A DNA stretch of 63,363 nucleotides, counting the filler, from Octopus bimaculoides (lineage: Eukaryota): the NCBI RefSeq assembly GCF_001194135.2. It is 4 parts of 4 records of this genome, joined end to end, with 100 filler letters (N's around TTAATTAATTAA, not from the genome) between each part and the next. Parts side by side here need not be neighbours in the genome. Positions count along the whole stretch, not along the records: positions 1 to 16,867 come from NC_068981.1; positions 16,968 to 46,269 come from NC_068985.1; 2 more parts are not named here. One strand, given 5' to 3'. This document shows, one piece after another, positions 10,036 to 23,370 of this stretch. How positions within the stretch are numbered: position 1 is the stretch's first letter; every line of letters starts with the position of its first letter. The notes below the pieces were generated by a model. It worked only from the letters and a program-made list of their open reading frames with translations, was not told the DNA's origin and did not search any database. The translations under genes and the position numbers were made by a program.

Positions 10036-13000
10036 ACTTGAGAATTAAAATTAGAAAATATTTCAATCAATCATAATAATTTAAAATTTTTTTAAATTCA
10101 AATAATGAACCCAGATGAATAGGTTTCTTAAAATTCTTGAATTCAAATTGCCACTTTTGACAATCTTACAACTTGAAACTGAAGAATTTGTCGATATAGC
10201 AAGATATCCTATGCTTTTTTTTTTTTTTTTTTNNNNNNNNNNCGCACTCATACACACACACATACATATACATAAATATAAATATACACACTCATACATA
10301 TATACATATTTTCTCTTGTATCTTCTTTCCAACGAGCAGGCAGTCGGTCAAAATAAACTTTAAAACAATTCACGAAGAGAAAAAATACATACATACACAC
10401 ACACACGTATACATACATAAATACATACATACAAACATCTATATAATCATATATGCACGCAAAGATATATATACATACAATATACTGGATTCTAAAATGA
10501 ATTTAAAGAAATCTCATGGAAAACATACAGAAACGAACAGACAGGCAGGCAGAGATTCATGCATTCATTCACAAAACACACACACGCACACACATACACA
10601 CGCTCGTACATTTACAACACTCTTTCACGCAAACACGCATGCCAAACAGACAGATACACTCTACAAAACAGAACCGTAGAAACGTAGATAATGGATAAAA
10701 TTGATTGTGATATGTAAAAAGAAAAGGAGAAAAGGAGAAAAGTACGCTAATAGTGGAAGTTGACAATAGCTCATTGAAAAGCTTAAATAAAGTTGGAGTT
10801 ATTCGATAAATATGTATATATTGAGAGAAGAAGAAAAAATCTCCATCATTGTTATCGGTTTTATTGTATTTTTTCCATGGCATTTGTTTAACAAATGATA
10901 ACAACTCGTAATGTGGCGCTGTTGTTGATAATGTTTCTATCTATTTAACGATTTTGGCAAAATTTGCTTTTCACATTTACACTAAAAATGAAAGCTTTTA
11001 TCAAATTTAAGATGATATTCAACTAAGAAAGACAATCTGATTTCCCAATTTTTCAATGATTTTTTTTCTTTTTTTTCAGGTTTCCCTTTATAAATATAGC
11101 AAAAAATAGTGTTTCTTTTATAAATCTAGTAACAACAGGCAGCATAAAATCTATTAACATGATATGTATTAAAGATGAACTAAATGTGTGTGCGTGTGTG
11201 TGTGTAGTGGTAATTAAATGATTTTTTAATACAAATTCATAGTAGTATTGTGTAGTAGAACTACAAATGCATATATATATATATATATTTATGCTTATGT
11301 ATGTAAATATATACGTGTGCGTTAGTATATTGCATGTGAGTATCTATATATATATGCATCTACATGTGTGTATATGAATGTATATAAATGCATGTTTATC
11401 AATGCATGTATATATACATGCATATAATTTATAAATAGATAGTTGGATGGATGGATGAATGAAAAGATAATTTAAACGTAAAATTATAACTTCATTTGAG
11501 AGCCATGTTGTATTTTGTATATTACAAAGCAATCGCAAATGCACTTTACTACAATTAATGTCTTGAATACTGTTCCAGTGTAAGAAAGTGTAATATCCTA
11601 AAACTATTCGTATTACTTCGTGGTGGTTGCTAATTTTAAAGTAGTAGTCCCCAGTGTTTTGTAATTCTGCATCTCTTTTTACCGAATGGTGTACTACAAA
11701 AGCTAATGGCCATGTTTTATATGAAAAAAAAAACAGCTGATTATTTTAATTAAACAGAAGTTAATTAACAATATTTTCTTACACTAGCCAACCTATTTTG
11801 CTCTTTCTTCGATGTTTTCATGGACTAATGCTGCTGTGTTAAATTTTTTTCTAGAAATTACTATAGAAGGCAGACATACATAACGGAATTAAATTAGGCA
11901 TTGAGGCAACACCAGTCATGTTTATATTCACTGGTAATACAATGTCATACTGATATTTTAATCCCGACAAAGATTTTTTAATGGGGTTTAAAATTTAAGT
12001 AATGTATCTGAGTTAAAAACTTCATTTCTAAGAAAAACCACAACACAACACCTCAAAACACCCAGTTCTCTTTGGAATTTGTCACACTTAGTGAGCTATC
12101 TCACAACGCCTCTCAAAGAGGCGCTACCACCCAAGTTAAAGAACCACTGTTTTAAATGTATGCAATATTAAAGTAGCTTGCTTTTCAACTGGTATACTAA
12201 CAGGTTCATAATGTATTGAAGACATTCTGTAATACTTTAAATGATGCACCCTGAGAGTCTGTGGTTATTAAATATCTACACATTTCTAATGACCAGAAAT
12301 CTTAGTGATAAGACAGTACTGAAAATTTATCTTTTCAGAACTGATACAAAACAAATAATAAATGAAGAAGCAATACTTGAAAATGATGGTCAAAGCGGCG
12401 ATAAAACATCATCAATAAGACATACTATCATTGTCATATTCATCTTTATTATAATCATTATTATAATCATCGATATCATCGTTGTTATCATAACCGCAAT
12501 CACTGTCATCATCTAAAACATTATCAACACCATTATCCTCATCCGTCATAATTATTAGTCTTTTATAATTATTTTTGCTACAATTTTTATTTTCATCACT
12601 ATCGTTGTTGTTGTTATTATTCTTATAAGTAGTAGTAGTAGTTGTAGTAATAGAGTATTGAATTGTTCTGTTTTATTTGAAGTGCTTATAGTCCTTTCTC
12701 CTTTATTTCCTCGCCATTGTCTCGCTCACCTACGCTTTTCCCTCCACCCCTCTCTCCCTCTCCGTCACTTGCTCCTTCCCCCTCACCACCGCCATCTCTT
12801 CATACAGCTTCAATGTGCCATTTATTATATATATATATATTTTTTTTGTGAAAATGGTCAAACAAGATGTCTGCCTCTTTTCAATTTCTACTACTTTCCT
12901 ACAGCAAGTGTAGACAGCATCAAAGAAAAAGTTTCCAAACTAAAGTCTGTGCAAGGAAGGATCTAAAAATAACCAATTCGGGTTTAAAGGTTAAATATAT

Positions 13001-13467
13001 CGGACACTTGATGAGCCTGGTTATTCCTTGGGTCGCGCGAATAAAGCGAAATGCTTACCAATGCTTTTGATAATATTACTGTTCAACAAATCAACATTTA
13101 TTATACTGATGAACAAAACGAACCTTCTTTCTGATTTCTGGGCATTAAAATGTTTCCAGGAAAAAAATAATTTAGGATTATGATTCCAAATTTAGCATGT
13201 CAAGGTTAAACAAACGACGCAGGTTTATCAAGTGATTAGTTAATAATCAAAACTCAGACAGACTTTTTATGTGAAAACCTAATGCTCTCTAAGAGATTCC
13301 AATGTATTGTTTCGATTTTCAAAAGCATGTCTATTACCATAACAATTGTTAACATACTCGAAAAATAATATTTAACCGCCTTTCGTGTGTTTTTTAATGG
13401 TTCTTCTCAACATTAGATAAAAATCCACATTGTATTGGATGCTATCGCTCTAAATTATTTCGATCTG

Positions 13468-13507
<40 letters not shown>

Positions 13508-16290
13508 TTCGAGATGTCGATAAGAGTTTTTAAATGTCATTAAATGTTCATTATTGAAGTTTTGTCACAAAAAAATTCTAATGGCTTTCTAATCAACATT
13601 TTAGAATTTATTATTGGTTTGATATACAAGCTTCGGATAGGAAATATTAAATACATAATTTACTTAGCCATCTTTAAAATTAAGAACTTCTTTCAAAATA
13701 TAAAATGTATACCTTTATCAAGAATGTTTTTCGAATTTTTTTACATCAGATTTTTTTTCTTTTGGAATGGCAATAAAGGTCATTATTGAGAAGTAGCCAT
13801 TTTCGTTTAACTATAATTTGTTATGCAACTAATTACACACAAAATCAACAAAAAGTTAGTAAAAGCAAATCTTTTCTCGTTAAAACAATAAACACCAGGT
13901 GGCTGATAGTTGTTTCTTTGTTTTAAACAGTTTGAATTTTGCATATTTTAAGATTTAGTTATTAAAGTATTTAAACTATTTAAAGATTTAAAGTATCAGA
14001 AATGTTATAATAACAAATAATAATTTAAAATGATATAGTCTTAATAACATACAGAAATGTTACAGAAAGTTAATAGTGTATGTAAAGATGTATAACTTAT
14101 GTGTAGTTTTTTTTAATAACAATATCAAAATAAACACGCCAGATTTAATAAAAGAGCAGTGAATGCTTCTAAAAAGCAACTCCGACGTATCAAAGATATT
14201 AGTTCAATATTCTTTACTTACTAGGATAACCGTTTGGAAAAAGGTTTGAGAAATTCAGTTTTGGAGATGACAGTTTTAAAAAGAGATCCCTTTATAAGTC
14301 ATTTAAATGTCAAGTAATTAATTGAGGCTTAACTTCCGGCTACATTGGTTTTCATTCGTTTTCTTTCCTTTCGGGAGAATCTAAAATATTTCTGTTCAGT
14401 AATCAGCCATTTTATTTTCATTCATTTCTGAACTTGATTAACGAAAAACTGGATTATAATATTCCTGATTTAATTTTCCAGTGAGAAAAATATCTAATGT
14501 ATATATTAGTATTATTATTATTATTACTATTATCATTATTGTAATTATTATTATTATTATTATGATCATTATTATTATTATTATTATCAATTCATTTATC
14601 ACAAGACCCTGACATGATTGAGAAAATCAATTGATAGATTTGGAAACAACATCCTTGAAATATATTTAGGGAGATATTTACCTACTTTTTTTCAAACTTA
14701 TTTGTTGCCAAGTGTTATTAATATTGACATTAACCTTACCATTACTTTGGCTTGTGGTTCTTATTAGTTATTGTTGTTATAAATATTATTATTATTGTTA
14801 TTGTTAGTGTTATTGTTGTTGTTGTTGTTGTTATTATTATTAGTACGTGGCGTAAGCTCTAGTTAGTTAAGTTTTAAGAAAAGACAAATGCCGCGACTTC
14901 ATTTTTCTTTTTCAGTTGTAATCTTCACTTAAGTCGCTAATGCATTCGGAAAGGCATGAAGATCTCATTTCCTGAGATTGCAATTATTATATGAAAAAAT
15001 TATTATCAATATTATTGTTATAATTATTGTTATTACTAATATAAATATTTCTACTATTATTATTATTTGGTGTTAATGTTGTTTTATCTACCATATATTT
15101 TTTTACATTCTGTGTTATCTATAACGTTTTCAAAGTAACTATTTTCGAATGACAATCAAAGAAGTTGATTGTTAAAGAAAGCAGTCGTTGTGAGATTGAA
15201 AATATAGGACAAGAGATGTGTTACCTCGTAATAATTATAATGTTCCTTGATTTATTCTTTCATTCATGTTTTACTATATTTTCAGCATCCGTATAAGTAA
15301 AATTTCACTTGAACTTTTCGGGTTGCTTTCAGAAGATATTTTGGAAATATAAATTAAACTCTAAATATATTTTCCATATGATTTCTTCAAAATAAACCAC
15401 CAATTTAAATGGTAAACGAAAAAAAATCAAGTAATTTATTTAATGTTCGTGAAACTATATACATTTTCCTAAACGCGGAAAACTCAAAAATCTAAAAGAA
15501 AAATTAATATACAACGTAACTTTTCGAATGAATATTTGAAGCAACCAAATTGCTTTTTGTATAGCAAGATGAAGCAAAAAAAAATATCTTGTATGTTGGC
15601 TTACAACTTCTGCACTATAAATATTTCTAAGCTATTAACTACTAAATATAATTAACTGGTTGCTGTTTTATACGCCTTAAACGTTGGTTATGTAAAATAT
15701 GAAAATCTATAATAGAAATTCGGCATGTTAAACAAAAACAAAAGGTTCTATTTGTATGTAACGTCGAGCTGTTGTTAATTTTCGAATCATGTTTTCACTG
15801 ATGTTTTATCTATTTGTTTGAACTATTTTTCATTTAATTCAGTTACTGTTTATAGATAATTAAAAATCAAAATGAATTTTATCTGATCTTATTAAATTAT
15901 TATTATATTATTACATACATTATATATACATATATCTATGACATATATATATTACATATATATATATATATGTAATATATCATATATATTCTACATATAT
16001 ATTCTATATATGTATATATAATTTTTGCTTCATGGACTTCCGTTTCCTGCTGCACTTACCCTCAGCTTTCCATGACATTAACTGAATAAGGAACAAATAT
16101 CACCTTACATAAATACGTGTGTGTGGGTATGTCTTAAGTATGTGTGTGTGCGCGCGCGTCGGGATCTATACTTGCTTATACACACGTGCATACATAAATA
16201 CCTATATAGATATGCATATATATGTGAATATATATACATATGTAAATATATCTGTAGTTATAAATGTATATATATGTCCGTATACATACG

Positions 16291-16326
<36 letters not shown>

Positions 16327-16810
16327 CACTTGTGGGGGTGTGTATGTATGAGTTTATATATAAATATGTACATGTATATGCATATATAAATAGAAAGAAG
16401 GAGGAAGAGATTTCTATTGATTTTTGTAAATATATATTTATTTATTTATTTATGCGATTCAGCCAAGTGGCTGCGGTCATGCTGGTGCATCACCGTTTAT
16501 ATATGTGTGTATGTATGTATACATATGTGTGTATATATATGCATATATATACACATATATAAATATATGAAATATATGATTGTGTGTATGTATACACAAA
16601 TGTATACAGACGTATAGATAACATCTGTATTATCAATATAGATAATCATTATAAATTTGATATAGATCACCAAATACTATATTTTACGTTTACTTTGATA
16701 TAGGAAAGGAAAATCAAATCCATTATCACAGCTCAAATTTTCTATACGTGGTAAGACTGGTGGCCACACTACCTGTTACGCTACAATCTCTCTCTCTCTC
16801 TCTCTCTCTG

Positions 16811-16867
<57 letters not shown>

Positions 16868-16967
16868 NNNNNNNNNNNNNNNNNNNNNNNNNNNNNNNNN
16901 NNNNNNNNNNNTTAATTAATTAANNNNNNNNNNNNNNNNNNNNNNNNNNNNNNNNNNNNNNNNNNNN
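16868..16967. other. Assembly gap placeholder (44 N + TTAATTAATTAA + 44 N); same at ~46270-46369 and ~59038-59137
   Basis: Identical 12-mer, with stops in all six frames, centred in a 100-bp N gap three times. Confidence 0.9.
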
Positions 16968-17090
16968 CCTCTAATAACGGGACTGTTCCTTAATATTTAA
17001 TCTTTTATTGTAATATAGTTATTTGCTCTTTGATCAGTCTAAAAAATATTTTGCTACTTGATGACTTAGACGCTTTCCTACTGTTTCTTT

Positions 17091-17452
17091 GTGGAGGCGC
17101 AATGGCCCAGTGGTTAGGGCAACGGACTCGCGGTCATAGGATCGCGGTTTCGATTCCCAGACCGGTCGTTGTGAGTGTTTATTAAGCGAAAACACCTAAA
17201 GCTCTACGAGGCTCCGGCAGGGAATGGTGGTAAACCCTGCCGTACTCTTCCACCACACCTTTCTCTCACTCTTACTTTCTGTTGTGCCTGTAATTCAAAG
17301 GGCCAGACTTGTCACACTGTGTCACGCTGAATATCCCCGTGAACTACGTTAAGGGTACACGTGCCTGTGGAGTGCTCAGCCACTTGCACGTTAATTTCAC
17401 GAGTAGGATTTTCCGTTGATCGGATCAAGTGGAACCCTCGACGAGAGACAGA
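17091..17452 (+). mobile_element. tRNA-derived SINE (family D), near full-length
   Basis: A box TGGCCCAGTGG (17103-17113), B box GGTTTCGATTCC (17146-17157); body CTTGTCACACTGTGTCACGCTGAAT..AACTACGTTAAGGG is shared with 20490-20750. Confidence 0.88.
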
Positions 17453-17580
17453 CCGTTTCTTTACATAATCCATATAGGCTTTATTTTATTCATACCGAGA
17501 ACATTTTTGCCTTATTTACACCTAGAATATTTTTCATTCTTTCAATCTATATTTTTATCTATATATTTATATGTAGTTTC

Positions 17581-17617
<37 letters not shown>

Positions 17618-17811
17618 TCTATTGATCTGCATTGAATTGTATTAATGTATGTGTATTTTTAAAAGAATGTTTAGAATTTTGCTTCTGGCAATCTGTTGAT
17701 TGACCTACACTTTGTTTCTGAATTTACCTCTTTAATATTCGTTTCGGAGATTCCGAGCACTTCTCAGTTGCAAGCCATATATTTCGAAAGAAAGATTTGA
17801 TAGCATATATA

Positions 17812-18125
17812 CGTATATATACATATATAAGACGGACTCCTTTCAGTTTCCGTCTATGACGTCCACTCAGAAGGTTTTGGTCGGCCAGGGGCTATAGTAG
17901 AAGACATTTTCCTAATGTACCACACAATAGGACTGAACCTGGAACAATGTAATTGGAAAGAAAGCTTCTGTTTACAAAGTCACGTCTAAATCCACACAGA
18001 AGGCTTTGGTCGGCCAAGGACTATAGTAGAATACATTTTCCTAATGTGTCACACAATGGGACTGAACCCGCAACAAAGTGGCTCGGAAGAAAGCTTCTGT
18101 CCACATAGCCACGCCTGTGCCTATA
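17812..18125 (-). mobile_element. SINE family C with internal 129-bp tandem duplication
   Basis: TCCAC(T/A)CAGAAGG..GGTCGGCCA..CTATAGTAGAA..GGACTGAACC occurs at 17862 and again at 17991. Confidence 0.85.
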
Positions 18126-18498
18126 TATACGTGTGCGTGAGTGTGTATGTGTGTGTGTGTGCGCGTGTGCGCGCGCATGCACTCGTGCGTGTGTATGTGT
18201 GTGTGTGCTTATATAGGTATGTTTACGTGTGAATGTCTATGCACGTGTATCTATAACAATCTGCGTTTTATTTATACACATTCTTGTGTATGTTTGTGGT
18301 TTAACTAAATATATTGTATACCTGTTTATATAGATATAGGATTAAAAAAGATTTCTGTTCAAACCTGCATATGTATGTATGCGTGTGTATACATATGTAT
18401 ACATGCTTATGTATATGTACGCATTTATACAAGTGCATATGTATATAGGTGTGTGTGTACGTGAGTTTCTATGCATGTGGATGTGTATATATGTATGA

Positions 18499-18544
<46 letters not shown>

Positions 18545-19610
18545 ATATATANNNNNNNNNNNNNNNNNNNNNNNNNNNNNNNNNNNNNNNNNNNNNNNNN
18601 NNNNNNNNNNNNNNNNNNNNNNNNNNNNNNNNNNNNNNNNNNNNNNNNNNNNNNNNNNNNNNNNNNNNNNNNNNNNNNNNNNNNNNNNNNNNNNNNNNNN
18701 NNNNNNNNNNNNNNNNNNNNNNNNNNNNNNNNNNNNNNNNNNNNNNNNNNNNNNNNNNNNNNNNNNNNNNNNNNNNNNNNNNNNNNNNNNNNNNNNNNNN
18801 NNNNNNNNNNNNNNNNNNNNNNNNNNNNNNNNNNNNNNNNNNNNNNNNNNNNNNNNNNNNNNNNNNNNNNNNNNNNNNNNNNNNNNNNNNNNNNNNNNNN
18901 NNNNNNNNNNNNNNNNNNNNNNNNNNNNNNNNNNNNNNNNNNNNNNNNNNNNNNNNNNNNNNNNNNNNNNNNNNNNNNNNNNNNNNNNNNNNNNNNNNNN
19001 NNNNNNNNNNNNNNNNNNNNNNNNNNNNNNNNNNNNNNNNNNNNNNNNNNNNNNNNNNNNNNNNNNNNNNNNNNNNNNNNNNNNNNNNNNNNNNNNNNNN
19101 NNNNNNNNNNNNNNNNNNNNATATATATATATATACATATATATATACGTATATCTATATGTATTTGTATATATATATATACTTTGGAGACACTTGTCAA
19201 GGCAAAATTTTATAAGACACATTTTATTTTCCAATCAATCATCGGACTCTGAGCATAATGGAAATTGTCATTACAAATCAGGACTCTAGTTCAAGAGAAG
19301 TTTCTAGAAAAAACTACGGATAGATATATTCAAAATGTTGGAGTGTGAATAGAAACGACAAAAGAAAATTAGATTTATGTCCCCTTTAATCGTTAAACCA
19401 TAAATAAGCTAGATGCGGAGCAGAATGAGGTCCATGCAGCTGGTCAATCTGTAGGTGTGGGGGCTTGACCCCCAGTTAGCTAATGGGAATATATCCATTT
19501 TCATCGATTTCATGCATGTGGACAAGCTTCTATTATTAGTTGTTCGCATCTTTCTACTGTCTAAATTTAATTATATTTATCTCTCACTGACTGCGGTACC
19601 TATATAAATC

Positions 19611-19643
<33 letters not shown>

Positions 19644-20489
19644 NNNNNNNNNNNNNNNNNNNNNNNNNNNNNNNNNNNNNNNNNNNNNNNNNNNNNNNNN
19701 NNNNNNNNNNNNNNNNNNNNNNNNNNNNNNNNNNNNNNNNNNNNNNNNNNNNNNNNNNNNNNNNNNNNNNNNNNNNNNNNNNNNNNNNNNNNNNNNNNNN
19801 NNNNNNNNNNNNNNNNNNNNNNNNNNNNNNNNNNNNNNNNNNNNNNNNNNNNNNNNNNNNNNNNNNNNNNNNNNNNNNNNNNNNNNNNNNNNNNNNNNNN
19901 NNNNNNNNNNNNNNNNNNNNNNNNNNNNNNNNNNNNNNNNNNNNNNNNNNNNNNNNNNNNNNNNNNNNNNNNNNNNNNNNNNNNNNNNNNNNNNNNNNNN
20001 NNNNNNNNNNNNNNNNNNNNNNNNNNNNNNNNNNNNNNNNNNNNNNNNNNNNNNNNNNNNNNNNNNNNNNNNNNNNNNNNNNNNNNNNNNNNNNNNNNNN
20101 NNNNNNNNNNNNNNNNNNNNNNNNNNNNNNNNNNNNNNNNNNNNNNNNNNNNNNNNNNNNNNNNNNNNNNNNNNNNNNNNNNNNNNNNNNNNNNNNNNNN
20201 NNNNNNNNNNNNNNNNNNNNNNNNNNNNNNNNNNNNNNNNNNNNNNNNNNNNNNNNNNNNNNNNNNNNNNNNNNNNNNNNNNNNNNNNNNNNNNNNNNNN
20301 NNNNNNNNNNNNNNNNNNNNNNNNNNNNNNNNNNNNNNNNNNNNNNNNNNNNNNNNNTATACAGGGATTGGACAAAAGAATGGAAACACCTAGCATGATA
20401 GCATCATAATTTTTAAATATCTATAAAACCATCAAAAGCTTGTTTATTTTTATGTTTTATGATTTATTATTAGTGTTGCTTAATATGTT

Positions 20490-20750
20490 TTTCTAAAATG
20501 ACTGCGATTAGGATATTCGGCTGGAGATCGTACATTCCCGAGCTTGTTGCCCGGTGATGCGTAACGTCCTTGGGCAAGACACTTTGTTTTGCTAGTCCAC
20601 TCATCTGGCAAAAATAAGTAGTATATGTAATTGAAAGGGACAGACTTGTCATATTCTTTGTGACGCTAGATATGCCTGAAAACTACGTTAAGCCTACGTG
20701 TGTCTGTGGTATGCTCAGGCATATGCAGGTTTATCGGATTATCTGAAACG
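20490..20750 (+). mobile_element. Diverged SINE related to family D
   Basis: CCTTGGGCAAGACACTT CORE-like segment plus GACTTGTCAT..AACTACGTTAAG body. Confidence 0.7.
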
Positions 20751-20819
20751 CTATTTGTCATAACTGATAAAATGAAGTGCGAGTTAAATATGTGTATACA
20801 GGTGTAGGAGCAATAAGCA

Positions 20820-20945
20820 TGTGTATTTGTTTAACGCTCTGGCAGCATGGAAAAGCCCTTTACGTTTCGAGCCTAAGCTCTTCGACACAAAGTGTTAAGT
20901 GGAATAAAAAGAGAGAATGAAAAAAAAAAACGGAGAAACAATTTT
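20820..20945 (-). mobile_element. PLE terminal-repeat (pLTR) fragment with hammerhead-like motif
   Basis: Reverse complement TGTCGAAGAGCTTAGGCTCGAAACGTAAAGGG is homologous to 25006-25043 and 45195-45231. Confidence 0.7.
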
Positions 20946-21395
20946 TATGTGTATGTGTGTGTGTGCATGTATGTATATATACACGTATATATGTATGTAT
21001 GTTTTTATTTCTACATCTATGTATGGATTATGTGTGCGTCTCCATATGTGTGTTTGTGTGTGTGTGTATGTGTGTGTGTGTGTGGGTGGGTGGGTGCATG
21101 CGTGTGAATATATGTGTATATAATGTTTTTGTTAGCCAATATCATTTGATTTTAGTATGATAACAGGGCAATGCCGTTGGTAGGGTAGGTAGTGAAGAAG
21201 ATGAGATAAAACAAAAAGGTAAAACTGAGATAAAAATCAGTTAAAACATAAAGATGAAAGAAAATAAAATAAAGTAAAGCAATAGATTACACCGAGGTTT
21301 AATTCTTTGTAACATATTTTAAAGTTCACGTATACTAAAGGGTTATAGATTCCTTGATATAAAAGTTTTAAAATTCATATTTTTATATCCATATA

Positions 21396-21516
21396 CGAGG
21401 GCTGTATGAAAAGTTTTGAGCCTCAAAAAAAAAACATGGTACAAGACTTCTGATGAAGGTACAAGACTTCAAGGTTCTAAGGCTTTGAAGGTTCAAAACA
21501 TTTCATACACCCCTCA
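21396..21516. mobile_element. 121-bp mariner-type MITE
   Basis: 28-bp TIRs (CGAGGGCTGTATGAAAAGTTTTGAGCCT; 24/28 match to the right end), flanked by TA at 21394-21395 and 21517-21518. Confidence 0.85.
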
Positions 21517-21589
21517 TATGTGTGTCTGTATGTGTGTATATACATATACGTATATATATGTGTGTATTTGGGTTCGTCTCTCTCTTATT

Positions 21590-21602
21590 TTTGTTGTTGT
21601 TG

Positions 21603-21675
<73 letters not shown>

Positions 21676-21690
21676 CATCATCATTTTTAT
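21590..21690. repeat. Compound (GTT)n-(ATT)n-(ATC)n microsatellite
   Basis: Direct inspection; source of the poly-I/Y/L/N ORFs. Confidence 0.95.
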
Positions 21691-22071
21691 TACTATTACA
21701 CATACATACACATATACATACATATGCAAGTATACATATATATATATANNNNNNNNNNNNNNNNNNNNNNNNNNNNNNNNNNNNNNNNNNNNNNNNNNNN
21801 NNNNNNNNNNNNNNNNNNNNNNNNNNNNNNNNNNNNNNNNNNNNNNNNNNNNNNNNNNNNNNNNNNNNNNNNNNNNNNNNNNNNNNNNNNNNNNNNNNNN
21901 NNNNNNNNNNNNNNNNNNNNNNNNNNNNNNNNNNNNNNNNNNNNNNNNNNNNNNNNNNNNNNNNNNNNNNNNNNNNNNNNNNNNNNNNNNNNNNNNNNNN
22001 NNNNNNNNNNNNNNNNNNNNNNNNNNNNNNNNNNNNNNNNNNNNNNNNNNNNNNNNNNNTATATATGCATA

Positions 22072-22111
<40 letters not shown>

Positions 22112-22424
22112 AACTTACTTGGAAATGGATGCGTGGCGTTCAGTTAAATAATAATGCGAAATAATATATATATATGTATACATATATATATGTATATATG
22201 GGTACAGGACGTCACAAACTGTGGGAGCAGCATGAAATACGTAACATCGAGAGAAAAAACATGGAAAACAGAAGTAAACACAGAAAAAAGTACCCTTCAT
22301 AATTGTGAGCTGTCTATCTACGCCTGATTTTGAGCATTCAACGACAATATGAGTTTTCAAAGTCAGTTGCTTCCATAAATTTTAAAACATAATATAGGAT
22401 TTATGGAGGGTCAGAGGAGTGGCC

Positions 22425-22582
22425 ATGGCTGCAGGAGTGTCTATGTGGTAAGTAGCTTGCTTACCAACCATATAGTTCCTTCTTGTGTAGTGTCTCCTAC
22501 TATACACTCGGGCCTAGCAAAGTCTTGTGAATGAATTTGGTAGACGGAAACTGAAAGAAGCCCCTCGTATATATATATACAC

Positions 22583-22637
<55 letters not shown>

Positions 22638-22728
22638 TGTGTTTGCTCCCGCAGCATCGCTTGACAACCGATGTTGGTGCGTTTACGTCCCCGTAACTTA
22701 GCGGTTCGGCAAAAGAGACCGATAGAAT
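22425..22728 (+). mobile_element. SINE family C, near full-length, interrupted by a gap
   Basis: GCAGGAGTGTCTATGTGGTAAGTAGCTTGCTTACCAACC head, GGTAGACGGAAACTGAAAGAAGCCC, internal (TA)(TG) tract, CGTAACTTAGCGGTTCGGC. Confidence 0.85.
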
Positions 22729-23315
22729 NNNNNNNNNNNTATATATCAGTAAACGTCAGAACGTCAAGTGAGATGGTATTCTTATTTTTGAAATTAAGTA
22801 TTTCTCAAAAGCGAGCGTACAGTTGTTTAGAGGTTCGGCTAAAAGCTCCCACCTTTCAAGACGGAAAAAAAGGAACAAACGAGCCGTAAAAAAATGAGTA
22901 AACTAGTTCCAACAGAAAATCTTTCTCTGGAGGTTCTGTTGCACTGCGAAAGTTTGCTATATTCTGTCAAAGCAAAGAATATTCGGAGACAAAGATATAA
23001 TTTACATTAAATGAATAGATGCATATATAGATGTTGAAATGAACACATCAAAAGCTGCCGAGAACTTAAAATATTTATAAAACAAGGCAGCACGAGACTT
23101 TCATATCCAAATCAATCAGTACACTTCCATTTCTAAATATACATATTCAAAATAGAAGCGATAACATTTTGTTAGTAAATACCAAATCCAAACATAGACA
23201 CACACACATACACACACATGTATGTTTAGATAGTTACTAAAACTTTCATACTCATACATACACGCAAATACATATATACGTATGTGTGCGTGCATGTACA
23301 CATACACACACACAC

Positions 23316-23370
<55 letters not shown>

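Noticed and set aside
12658-13070. Strong-looking acceptor (ttcctacAG, ~12904) with short downstream ORFs
   Set aside because: Reading frames close quickly, and there is no convincing donor or recognisable peptide; such acceptors are frequent by chance.
16912-16923. Recurrent palindrome TTAATTAATTAA (also at 46314 and 59081)
   Set aside because: Always centred in a 100-bp N block; an assembler-inserted six-frame stop linker, not biology.
17091-17165. tRNA-like sequence with A and B boxes
   Set aside because: Continues into a SINE body shared with other copies and lacks a clean cloverleaf or terminator; it is a SINE head, not a tRNA gene.
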